Of a stretch of DNA of 22,588 bases, positions 1 to 7,490 are shown one piece after another (position 1 is the stretch's first letter; every line of letters begins with the position of its first letter). Under the pieces are notes generated by a model that was given only the letters and a program-made list of their open reading frames with translations, made no database searches and had not been told where the DNA came from. The DNA comes from Candidatus Thorarchaeota archaeon. Lineage in GTDB: Archaea > Asgardarchaeota > Thorarchaeia > Thorarchaeales > Thorarchaeaceae. The DNA lies in the NCBI GenBank assembly GCA_016839605.1, contig JAEOTX010000144.1, positions 1-22,588 of the forward strand, written 5' to 3'. The position numbers were made by a program, and so were the translations under genes.

Positions 1-1136
1 CCTTCAACAACCGAGTCTCGTTCGATGTAGATCTCTCGTCCATAAATACTACCAACTCGAGATCTCTCTTCGATTCGAACCTCATCTCCGTAGAGTGACC
101 TAGTTCTTGCGCGTTCTCTGACAAGTATCTCTCGTGATTCTACAGGACAGGTCACTTCTGAGCGTCTACCTACTCTGAAACCATCGGCCTTGACGTATTT
201 GGCATCAATCAACCCGCCAACAATAATTCTGTAAGTGTCAATTCGACCGTCTACCACAATTTTGCCGCCGACTTTTATTTTGCCTTCGCACTTGAAGTCA
301 CCACCAACGTCTGCTTTCCCACCAACATCCATGTCCCCTGATAGAGTCAATGGGCCATCAGTTGTTACTTTTCCTCCAACATCGATAGTTCGGCCAGTCG
401 CTGCGCCTCCAATTCGAACACTGCCACCGACATCTATTTCATCGAAATTGAGGTCGCCTTCTGAGCTGAAGGTTCCGCCAACATCTATCGAGTGTACTCT
501 CGAATTGGGCCCGACCTTGATTGAGCCTCCCACATCAATTTCCTCAATCTCAATTGCTCCAGAAGACTTGAAGCTCCCACCAACATTGATTTTTCCGATT
601 TTTCCATCATGGGCTTTTCCTGAGCCGCCAGCTGAGAATTCTTGAATATCTGATCGGCCCTCCACATTGACAGAGCCTCCTGCAGAAACTCTCTCTACTT
701 CTGCGTCTCCTTCAATTCCAACAGAGCCGCCAGCAGAGACCTTCCGTCCCTTGGCATTACCCACGACTTTCACAGATCCTCCACCGCTTGCTGAAGTGCA
801 GGTAAGGTCCCCTCCAATTCTCAGGGAGCTCCCTGCTCGGAAGCTCTCACCAGTGGCTGAACCTGTTACCTCTAAACTACCCCTTCTGTTCTCAGCAGTT
901 GTTTCAACTGTGAGGTCACCATCTATGGTGATTGTATCTCTTGCCTTGGCGTCTAGGGAATGTGCCTTCAAGGATCCTTCGAAGTATGTCTCTCCTTTAA
1001 TCCTAATCTTGCCAGTTACAACGATTTCGTTGCCTGATGCTGGCCTCACAGATCTGCAGCTCTCGAGCTCAAGGTCACCATCAACGGGTTCAAGCTCGAC
1101 AACATTTTCGTTCTTGTATCTCTGAATATCTGACAT
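1..1136 (-). CDS. Bactofilin-like / polymer-forming cytoskeletal beta-helix protein (YhbE/YhbF, CcmA-like), 3'-truncated by window edge, >=378 aa
   Basis: Hand translation of the minus strand from ATG 1136 (alternative in-frame ATG 1148) is open to base 1: MSDIQRYKNENVVELEPVDGDLELESC...SAGGSVGIEGDAEVERV-SAGGSVNVEGRSDIQEF...IDVGGSIKVG...IDVGGTFSSEG...LYGDEVRIEERSRVGSIYGREIYIERDSVVE. It shows a ~17-aa hydrophobic/Gly periodicity. The ORF track omits it because there is no stop in the window. Confidence 0.8.
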   Translation of the reverse strand, partial: MSDIQRYKNENVVELEPVDGDLELESCRSVRPASGNEIVVTGKIRIKGETYFEGSLKAHSLDAKARDTITIDGDLTVETTAENRRGSLEVTGSATGESFRAGSSLRIGGDLTCTSASGGGSVKVVGNAKGRKVSAGGSVGIEGDAEVERVSAGGSVNVEGRSDIQEFSAGGSGKAHDGKIGKINVGGSFKSSGAIEIEEIDVGGSIKVGPNSRVHSIDVGGTFSSEGDLNFDEIDVGGSVRIGGAATGRTIDVGGKVTTDGPLTLSGDMDVGGKADVGGDFKCEGKIKVGGKIVVDGRIDTYRIIVGGLIDAKYVKADGFRVGRRSEVTCPVESREILVRERARTRSLYGDEVRIEERSRVGSIYGREIYIERDSVVE

Positions 1137-1184
1137 TATACTTGTCATCTCTGTTTTATTCTAAGTAAACCCCCTCAAAATTGG

Positions 1185-1192
1185 TATATAAA
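1185..1192 (-). promoter_or_regulatory. Candidate TATA box (TTTATATA) for the beta-helix gene
   Basis: Minus-strand TTTATATA, about 37-49 bp upstream of the two possible ATGs. Confidence 0.55.
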
Positions 1193-1210
1193 GCAGAACC
1201 ACAATTCAGG

Positions 1211-1225
1211 GTCACAATTTGTGAC
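1211..1225. promoter_or_regulatory. Perfect 7-1-7 palindrome GTCACAA-T-TTGTGAC, candidate operator
   Basis: Read directly. A further CACAATT half-site lies at 1200-1206. The palindrome is just upstream of the TATA box. Confidence 0.55.
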
Positions 1226-1264
1226 TACATACTGTATTAACTTACAGCAGGATATCAAGTCCAA

Positions 1265-1576
1265 TCACATCCCTATTATTGGATCTGGAACTGGAATTCC
1301 AACGAGCGCAGCCATTCTCTTATACAATTCAAGATATTGATGGCCTCGGACTGTGACTGAATAGACTCTCTGTCCTTCGTCATCGTCTTCCTCCAAGAGA
1401 CCCCTCTCCATAAGCTCAGTGATGGTATCTTTGGCTCGATCGACTGGCATATTGGTGGACCTGGCGGCACGTGTGAGCGGGCAGTACCCATAGATGTAGA
1501 TCACACGAATGAGTTCGGCATAGATGTCGTATCTTGTCCTCTTGATACGTTCAGCCTTCTTCTTCTTTTTCGCCAT
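1265..1576 (-). CDS. Archaeal winged helix-turn-helix transcriptional regulator (HTH_45-like)
   Basis: KRTRYDIYAELI N-terminal motif, TRAARSTNM HTH, ELMERGLL..YSVTVRGHQYL wing. ATG at 1576 (GTG at 1579). Minus-strand TTTTTATG box at 1611-1618. Confidence 0.85.
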   Translation of the reverse strand: MAKKKKKAERIKRTRYDIYAELIRVIYIYGYCPLTRAARSTNMPVDRAKDTITELMERGLLEEDDDEGQRVYSVTVRGHQYLELYKRMAALVGIPVPDPIIGM

Positions 1577-1717
1577 CACGTCACACCTAACGCAGTTGGG
1601 TAAAAGCAGTCATAAAAAGGCATGCAAAAACGCTTGCCTCTGGCGGGATTCAAACTATCTACAGGCAATCCTTATGACCCCGCCAGACTTCCGTTTCATA
1701 ACTGTCGGGAAGGCAAA

Positions 1718-2461
1718 ATGATACTCAGAGCATATATCATGAAGAGCCCATCTGGTGAGCCCATATATGGGCGCTCATATGATGATAGTGACCCAATTAG
1801 TGAGAGCAGTCTACCGGCTCATGTACGTGCATGTGCGACGCTCTTTCACTCTAGCAGTGGAACCTCAAGGGATCGAGTGTATACTCTGGAGCAGTCTGGT
1901 GCTCTCTGGTCTTACGTCTTCTTTGAGAACTTCGCTGTCATCTTGTTCACAACGTTCGACGAAAACGAGATTGCTCTGAAGAAGATGATGATGGCTCTTG
2001 GTCGCGCTATTAGTAACCAGTTTGGAAGTCTTATCTCGTCATGGAGTGGCAATATCGGCGAGTTCGAAGGAATGGACTCTCTGGTAGATCGATACGTCGG
2101 AATCGATCTTGAGCTTCCCTCTGATGCGATTCTTGATGGAGCCTTCAAATTGATGAACACTGTACTTGAGGACCATGAGATAGCATACGTCGGTCTTCTT
2201 GATGCACGCGGGGAGCTGCTTCGAGGCAACATCCCTGAGAACCATCTTTCTGGAATTGAAGCAGAGATGGTAAATGGCGAAATACGTCCTGTTGCAGATA
2301 TGGTTCCTACAGAAGTGGAGATCATGGGATACAGTGTACAGCTGCTCAAGGTACGTTCTTTGACGGTGGCTGTGGCTGCTCATCGCTATGAGAGCAAGCT
2401 AGTCGCCATTAAGGCGGTTAGCGAGATTGCAGATGGTCTCAACAGCGCCATGTCGAATTGA
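1718..2461 (+). CDS. Longin-domain + roadblock/LC7-like fusion protein (Asgard eukaryotic-signature type)
   Basis: From ATG 1718, MILRAYIMKSPSGEPIYGRSY...NQFGSLISSWSGNIGEFEGMDSLVDRYV fits a longin pattern. The C-terminal half IAYVGLLDARGELLRGNI...TEVEIMGYSVQLLKVRSLTVAVAA..AIKAVSEIADGL fits a roadblock/profilin-like pattern. Confidence 0.7.
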   Translation: MILRAYIMKSPSGEPIYGRSYDDSDPISESSLPAHVRACATLFHSSSGTSRDRVYTLEQSGALWSYVFFENFAVILFTTFDENEIALKKMMMALGRAISNQFGSLISSWSGNIGEFEGMDSLVDRYVGIDLELPSDAILDGAFKLMNTVLEDHEIAYVGLLDARGELLRGNIPENHLSGIEAEMVNGEIRPVADMVPTEVEIMGYSVQLLKVRSLTVAVAAHRYESKLVAIKAVSEIADGLNSAMSN

Positions 2462-2475
2462 GCACAAGTTCTAAA

Positions 2476-2491
2476 TGATGCTTGAGCATCA
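2476..2491. promoter_or_regulatory. Perfect 7-2-7 palindrome TGATGCT-TG-AGCATCA upstream of the flavoprotein gene
   Basis: Read directly. It lies between an AT-rich TTCTAAAT box and the GGTGA SD (2502-2506). Confidence 0.45.
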
Positions 2492-2512
2492 ATTCAAATC
2501 TGGTGACCTGAG

Positions 2513-3130
2513 TTGATTTTGGGTATAAATGGCTCACCGAAGGGTGAGCGCTCCAATTCTCGTTTTCTACTTGTCAAAGCCCTTGCTGCTGCCGCAGAAA
2601 TTCTTTCCGAAGATGCTACCGAGATTCTGGATATCGTGGATTTCCAGATTCGCCACTGCACTGGTTGCGATCTCTGTGTGAGAAAGAAGCCTTGTCCGGA
2701 GAGCGAACATGACGATATGCCAAAAATTGAGAAAAAACTCTCTGAGGCCCGCGGCATTATCGTCGCCGCTCCATCATATTTCACTTCAGTTCCTGGAATC
2801 TTGAAAGATCTAATAGATAGATCGAGGACGATGAAGATGCTTGATCATCAGTTAAAGGACAAAGTGTTTGGGGCGATTACATACGCCGGTCTTCGATTTG
2901 GCGGACAAGAACATGTAATCGATATTCTCAACAGATATGCCTTAGGACAAGGAATGATTGTTGTTGGTTCCGTAGGTAGTCCGGTGAAACATGGTACGTT
3001 TGGTTCAGGTAGTATGCAGACAGACGAGGGTAAATGGCGGAAGGCGGAAACAGACATACTTGCTATAGACGCGAGTGAGGAACTGGGTCGCCGAATAGCG
3101 CATCTTGTGAAGCGCATCAAAGGGACCTGA
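2513..3130 (+). CDS. Iron-sulfur flavoprotein / NADPH-dependent FMN reductase (Isf/flavodoxin family)
   Basis: GINGSPK..SNS phosphate loop, CTGCDLC-x5-C cluster motif, HDDM, APSYF, LKDLIDR, GGQE. TTG start with GGTGA SD. Confidence 0.9.
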   Translation: MILGINGSPKGERSNSRFLLVKALAAAAEILSEDATEILDIVDFQIRHCTGCDLCVRKKPCPESEHDDMPKIEKKLSEARGIIVAAPSYFTSVPGILKDLIDRSRTMKMLDHQLKDKVFGAITYAGLRFGGQEHVIDILNRYALGQGMIVVGSVGSPVKHGTFGSGSMQTDEGKWRKAETDILAIDASEELGRRIAHLVKRIKGT

Positions 3131-3139
3131 GGTCTGAAC

Positions 3140-3703
3140 ATGGATTTCCCTGAGAGAATTGGACAAGTTCAGGTATACACTGGTGATGGAAAAGGAAAAA
3201 CAACCTGTGCTCTTGGTGCTGGACTGCGAGCTGCAGGTCATGGTCTAAGAGTTCTGATGATCTGTTTCATGAAGGCCAAGGTCGCAGAGCGTGATGGTGA
3301 AACAGAGGTCAACTACGGTGAGTTTAGTGCGGTTGAGCAGGTTCCCAACTTTGATGTCATGCCTGTGGGGCGACTTGACTGGGTTGACAAAGAGAACCCT
3401 GACCCAATTGATGTGAAACTCGCTCAAGACGGGTTAGAATTAGCACATGACGCTCTTAGGAAGCACTCTTGTGATGTCATTATTCTGGATGAGATAAATG
3501 TGGCAGTGGAATGGAATCTCATTTCCCTTGAGGACCAATTGAGTCTGATCAAAGAGAAGCCTTCAGATGTTGAAATGATTATGACAGGGCGTTACGCTCA
3601 TTCAGAGGTCATTGAAGCTGCTGACCTAGTCACCGAGATGAGGGAGGTCAAGCATTACTATTCATCAGAGAGAGTTCAAGCCAGAAAGGGATTTGAGTTC
3701 TGA
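3140..3703 (+). CDS. cobA: Cob(I)alamin adenosyltransferase (CobA/CobO/BtuR family)
   Basis: VYTGDGKGKTT P-loop, GLRAAGHG, ILDEINVA, MTGRYA, ADLVTEMREVKH, ARKGFEF. Confidence 0.95.
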   Translation: MDFPERIGQVQVYTGDGKGKTTCALGAGLRAAGHGLRVLMICFMKAKVAERDGETEVNYGEFSAVEQVPNFDVMPVGRLDWVDKENPDPIDVKLAQDGLELAHDALRKHSCDVIILDEINVAVEWNLISLEDQLSLIKEKPSDVEMIMTGRYAHSEVIEAADLVTEMREVKHYYSSERVQARKGFEF

Positions 3704-3708
3704 ATAAA

Positions 3709-3742
3709 GCCCGCACCCGGCATAGAAGGCCGGGTCAGGGGC
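3709..3742. terminator. GC-rich hairpin between convergent genes
   Basis: ACCCGGC-ATAGAAG-GCCGGGT core (3715-3735) with outer GCCC/GGGC, located between the cobA stop and the convergent stop at 3759. Confidence 0.55.
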
Positions 3743-3758
3743 AAGGTGCTTTGTGTTC

Positions 3759-4160
3759 TTAATCAGCATATCCTGGAGTAAAGGTTGCCAGAACATCGCA
3801 GGCACCGACTGTGTTGTCAATCAGTGTCCTGAGCTCCTCGCCAGTGAGGTCCGTGTCATTTGTTTCTGCAGTCACTGAGATGAAGTCATCATTAGTGATC
3901 ACAAACTTGACACCATTCACCTTCCATGAGGAGACAAGCATGTCGTACATGAGCTTGTGCTGCTCATCCTGCGGAATATTACTGAATTTTGTGAAGAGTG
4001 CAGTGATGAAGATCCATTTCTCATCCGGGCTTGTGAGGATCAAGACCTTCAGGTCATCAAACTGAGCAGTATCCCAGACCATTAGAAGGCCGGCCTCCTC
4101 CCGAGTATATATGATTTCAATCTCATCAAGCAGCGCCGCAATTTCATCTAGCTTCGACAT
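3759..4160 (-). CDS. YbjN-like / type III secretion chaperone (CesT)-fold protein
   Basis: 133 aa, acidic. Alpha-beta3-alpha-beta2-alpha pattern with LMYDMLVSSWKVNGVKFVITNDDFISV and a C-terminal LTGEELRTLIDN helix. GAGGT SD and TTTATG box (4198-4203). Confidence 0.6.
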   Translation of the reverse strand: MSKLDEIAALLDEIEIIYTREEAGLLMVWDTAQFDDLKVLILTSPDEKWIFITALFTKFSNIPQDEQHKLMYDMLVSSWKVNGVKFVITNDDFISVTAETNDTDLTGEELRTLIDNTVGACDVLATFTPGYAD

Positions 4161-4296
4161 GTTGAATACCTCGACTTGGTGAATTTCAATCTCATCACAT
4201 AAAGCTGTTTGGGATGCTATCCTAGGTCAGGAAACAAACAGTTAATATCGAGACCTTGGTGAGTCACTCTTGTTTCACTGAGATGGAGAGTTTTTG

Positions 4297-6015
4297 ATGG
4301 GAGCTGACAAGGCAAAGAAGGAAGATGCCCAGGAGCCTACCGATCCTGATTTGAGTGAGATTCAGGCTGCGAAGGAACGCTGGGAGGCTGGAACTCTTGC
4401 TCGTCACACCGATAAGCATCCAGAACGTCGCGAGGAGTTCATCAGCACATCTAGCCGGCCTGTCAGGAGGCTTTACACACCTCTTGATGTCCCCAAGTCA
4501 GACTACATGCGAGACTTGGGATTCCCAAGTGAATATCCCTATACTCGTAGTGTCCAACCCACACTCTATCGTGGCAGGTTTTGGACTATGCGTCAATTTG
4601 CAGGGATGGGTTCAGCAGAAGAGACCAATGAGCGCTTCAAGTACTTGCTCAAAATTGGTCAGACTGGGCTCAGTGTTGCGTTCCATCTTCCAACAATTTA
4701 TGGACATGATTCCGACAACGAGTTCTCCTTTGGAGAGGTCGGCAAACTTGGTGTTGCTGTAGATACACTCAAGGACATGGAGATTCTGTTCGATGGAATC
4801 CCACTTGATAAAGTCACGACCTCAATGACTATCAACGCCCCGGCGAGTGTCCTTCTCTCCATGTATATGGTCGCTGCAGAGAAACAGGGTGTGAACTCTC
4901 ATCAGATAGGAGGGACCATTCAAAATGATCTGCTCAAAGAGTACATGGCACAGAAGAGTTGGATTTTCGCCCCTGCACCATCACTTCGTATCATTGTAGA
5001 CATCATGGAGTATTGTGCTAAGAATATCCCGCGCTGGAACACAATCAGCATCTCAGGCTATCACATCAGAGAGGCTGGCTCCACAGCAGCTCAGGAATTG
5101 GCATTCACCTTGCTTAATGGAATGGAATACGTGAAGGCCGGGAAAGAGAGAGGCCTTGACGTTGATATGTTTGCTCCACGTCTATCATTCTTCTTCAACG
5201 CACACAACGACATCTTCGAGGAAGTCGCCAAGTATAGAGCTGCTCGAAGAATTTGGGCCCGGGAGATGAAGGAACGATTCGGAGCCAAGAAGGAGCGGTC
5301 TCTGTGGCTTCGATTCCATACTCAGACTGCAGGATGCTCACTGACTGCTCAACAGCCAATGGTCAACATTGTCCGCACAGCTTACCAAGCTCTGGCATCA
5401 GTGATGGGGGGCACACAGTCACTTCACACGAACTCGATGGATGAGGCTTTGGCACTTCCCACCGAGGATGCAGTTAGAGTAGCTCTAAGGACACAACAGG
5501 TTCTGGCTCATGAGAGCGGAGTGCCAAACACAATTGACCCACTTGCTGGGTCGTACTATGTTGAGGCTCTCACCAACGAATTGGAGGAAGAGGCCTACAA
5601 ATACTTCGATCATGTAGACACGCTGGGCGGCGTCATACCTGCAATCGAGAAGGGCTTTTTCCAGAAGGAAATCTCAGATGCAGCCTATCGATATGAACGG
5701 GAGATTGAGTCAAAGAAGCGCACGATTGTCGGTGTAAACGATTTCGTCCTCGAGGATGAGGAAATCAAAATACCTGTACTCAAGATCGACCCTGAGGTTG
5801 AAAGAAGACAGATTGAGAGGCTCAACAGGACTCGCAAGGAACGAAACAACAAGAAAGTGCAAGAATCTCTTGATGGATTGAGGAAGGCATCAGAAGGAAC
5901 CGATAACGTGGTTCCACACGTCGTGAATGCAGTTCGGGCATATGCGAGTGTTGGGGAGATTTGTGATGTCTGGCGTGATGTGTTCGGAGAATGGGAGGAG
6001 CCCAAGATATTCTGA
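4297..6015 (+). CDS. AdoCbl-dependent acyl-CoA mutase, substrate-binding (large) subunit; isobutyryl-CoA-mutase-type signature
   Basis: PYTR, WTMRQFAG, GQTGLSVAF, TTSMTIN, GTIQNDLLKEY, SISGYH, PRLSFFF, HTQT, GGTQSLHTNS, DPLAGSYYVE, VGVN. No DxHxxG B12-binding domain, so this is a split enzyme. ATG 4297 (TTG 4294). Confidence 0.95.
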   Translation: MGADKAKKEDAQEPTDPDLSEIQAAKERWEAGTLARHTDKHPERREEFISTSSRPVRRLYTPLDVPKSDYMRDLGFPSEYPYTRSVQPTLYRGRFWTMRQFAGMGSAEETNERFKYLLKIGQTGLSVAFHLPTIYGHDSDNEFSFGEVGKLGVAVDTLKDMEILFDGIPLDKVTTSMTINAPASVLLSMYMVAAEKQGVNSHQIGGTIQNDLLKEYMAQKSWIFAPAPSLRIIVDIMEYCAKNIPRWNTISISGYHIREAGSTAAQELAFTLLNGMEYVKAGKERGLDVDMFAPRLSFFFNAHNDIFEEVAKYRAARRIWAREMKERFGAKKERSLWLRFHTQTAGCSLTAQQPMVNIVRTAYQALASVMGGTQSLHTNSMDEALALPTEDAVRVALRTQQVLAHESGVPNTIDPLAGSYYVEALTNELEEEAYKYFDHVDTLGGVIPAIEKGFFQKEISDAAYRYEREIESKKRTIVGVNDFVLEDEEIKIPVLKIDPEVERRQIERLNRTRKERNNKKVQESLDGLRKASEGTDNVVPHVVNAVRAYASVGEICDVWRDVFGEWEEPKIF

Positions 6016-6038
6016 CCGAAGAATCCGAACCAAAATTA

Positions 6039-6716
6039 TCAGAGCATAATCTCGGTGACCATATTCGTGGCTGGAAATGCCACATTGAATATCTTTGTTC
6101 TCCCGATAGAAGTGCGAAGCATTTTGGCACCATGCAAATGTCCATGAATCACCAAATTGGGCTGAACTTCTTTGATGATTTCTGAAATCCACCACGAGTA
6201 CTCGCTCACATTCTTGTCATTAGGACTCTCTGAGAGCGGACTATAGTGCATAAGAAGAACCGTTTGATCTGCTTTCGATGCGACGTCTTTCATCAGGTTG
6301 GACAAGAGACTGGCACGTGTTTCGAAGATGCCTCTGATATCCTGATGATTCAGCCCCTTTGACGCATCTATGACATCCCTTGGTGCTGGAGCACCTACTA
6401 AGCCGATTTCTAATTCCCCATTTTTGATGATGATGGATTCTCCATCGAGAAAACTGATTCTAGCTTTCGTCAGTTCTAGGATGTTATCCCGTGTTTCTAT
6501 GAACTCCTCATTTCCAAAGCATGCAGCAACAGGAACATCTGCGCCCAAGATTGAGTCAATAGTGTTAATGATATTTTGATATTCTGCAGATCTTCCAAAA
6601 TTTATCATATCCCCAGCCAGCAGGAGTACATCTGGTGTTTCAACTCTAGAGAGTGAGTTTCTAAACTCCTCAAGGTATTTCGGGCTATGTACATCTGCAA
6701 CTGCTGCAACTCTCAC
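6039..6716 (-). CDS. Calcineurin-like metallophosphoesterase
   Basis: DVH, AGD, GNEE (variant of GNH[DE]), MHYSP and HGHLH motifs. Confidence 0.9.
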   Translation of the reverse strand: MRVAAVADVHSPKYLEEFRNSLSRVETPDVLLLAGDMINFGRSAEYQNIINTIDSILGADVPVAACFGNEEFIETRDNILELTKARISFLDGESIIIKNGELEIGLVGAPAPRDVIDASKGLNHQDIRGIFETRASLLSNLMKDVASKADQTVLLMHYSPLSESPNDKNVSEYSWWISEIIKEVQPNLVIHGHLHGAKMLRTSIGRTKIFNVAFPATNMVTEIML

Positions 6717-6781
6717 CTTTCACACTCTCGACTTGAGCAATCAGATTTATGACAAATTGATGCTCTAACTATGTGATAATC

Positions 6782-7447
6782 ATGACAATATCTGTACGTT
6801 GGTTAGGACATGCAAGCTTCCAGATTAATGTTGACGAGAAAATCATCTATGTGGATCTATACCGTTCTAAAAAGGCGAGAGAGCGGGTTCCTGATGTATT
6901 AGATCCTGCAACATTGGTGTTGGCTACTCACTCTCACAACGACCATTGCTTTCCTGAGGCAATCAATGAGGTTCGCAGCGCTGAAACTACAATCATCGCT
7001 CCTTCAGACTGTGGGGAAAAGCTAGGTGCTGCTATAACCTCTCTCGCACCAGGTGAAGAGGCCACAGTTCAGGGAATAACAGTCAAAGCTGTTCATGCGT
7101 ATAATGTGAAACGATTTCGATCACCAGGAAATCCATATCATCCCAAAGGATTTGGAGTTGGCTATCTCATCAGTGCGGAAGACAAGACCATTTACTTCGC
7201 AGGAGATACTGATGTTATTCCTGAGATGAAGGAGTTGGGGCCAGTTGATGTTGCTTTGCTGCCCTGCGGAGATACCTATACCATGGACAACAAGGATGCA
7301 GCAGAGGCTACTAGCATCATCAAACCCAAGATTGTCGTGCCCATGCACACTTGGGACAAGAGCATTGATGACTTTAAGAAACGAGTAGAGAAAGACACTG
7401 ATACTGAGTTCAGGCCTCTGAAGGAAGGCGAATCGTTCTCAATCTGA
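6782..7447 (+). CDS. MBL-fold metallo-hydrolase (UPF0173/UlaG-like)
   Basis: WLGHASF, THSHNDH, HAYN, YFAGDTD, YTM, PMH motifs. ATG 6782 is ~30 bp after a TTTATG box (6746-6751). Confidence 0.9.
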   Translation: MTISVRWLGHASFQINVDEKIIYVDLYRSKKARERVPDVLDPATLVLATHSHNDHCFPEAINEVRSAETTIIAPSDCGEKLGAAITSLAPGEEATVQGITVKAVHAYNVKRFRSPGNPYHPKGFGVGYLISAEDKTIYFAGDTDVIPEMKELGPVDVALLPCGDTYTMDNKDAAEATSIIKPKIVVPMHTWDKSIDDFKKRVEKDTDTEFRPLKEGESFSI

Positions 7448-7490
7448 AGTACCATATGTATCTATATACTGCTAGTAATGCGCATATGCC

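Noticed and set aside
235-1125. Pro/Ser/Thr-rich + strand ORFs 235-645 and 667-1125 (PPTS repeats)
   Set aside because: These are antisense shadows of the DVGG/SAGG repeats in the real minus-strand beta-helix gene.
1622-1717. N-terminal extension of the longin gene from ATG 1622
   Set aside because: It overlaps the divergent promoter region, and the longin pattern begins at ATG 1718.
3709-3742. Hairpin after cobA as a SECIS element
   Set aside because: The upstream genes end at their normal family C-termini, with no Sec-like internal TGA. A terminator explains the hairpin.
4161-4296. Cobalamin riboswitch upstream of the mutase
   Set aside because: The region is short, is shared by divergent promoters, and shows no recognisable B12-box.
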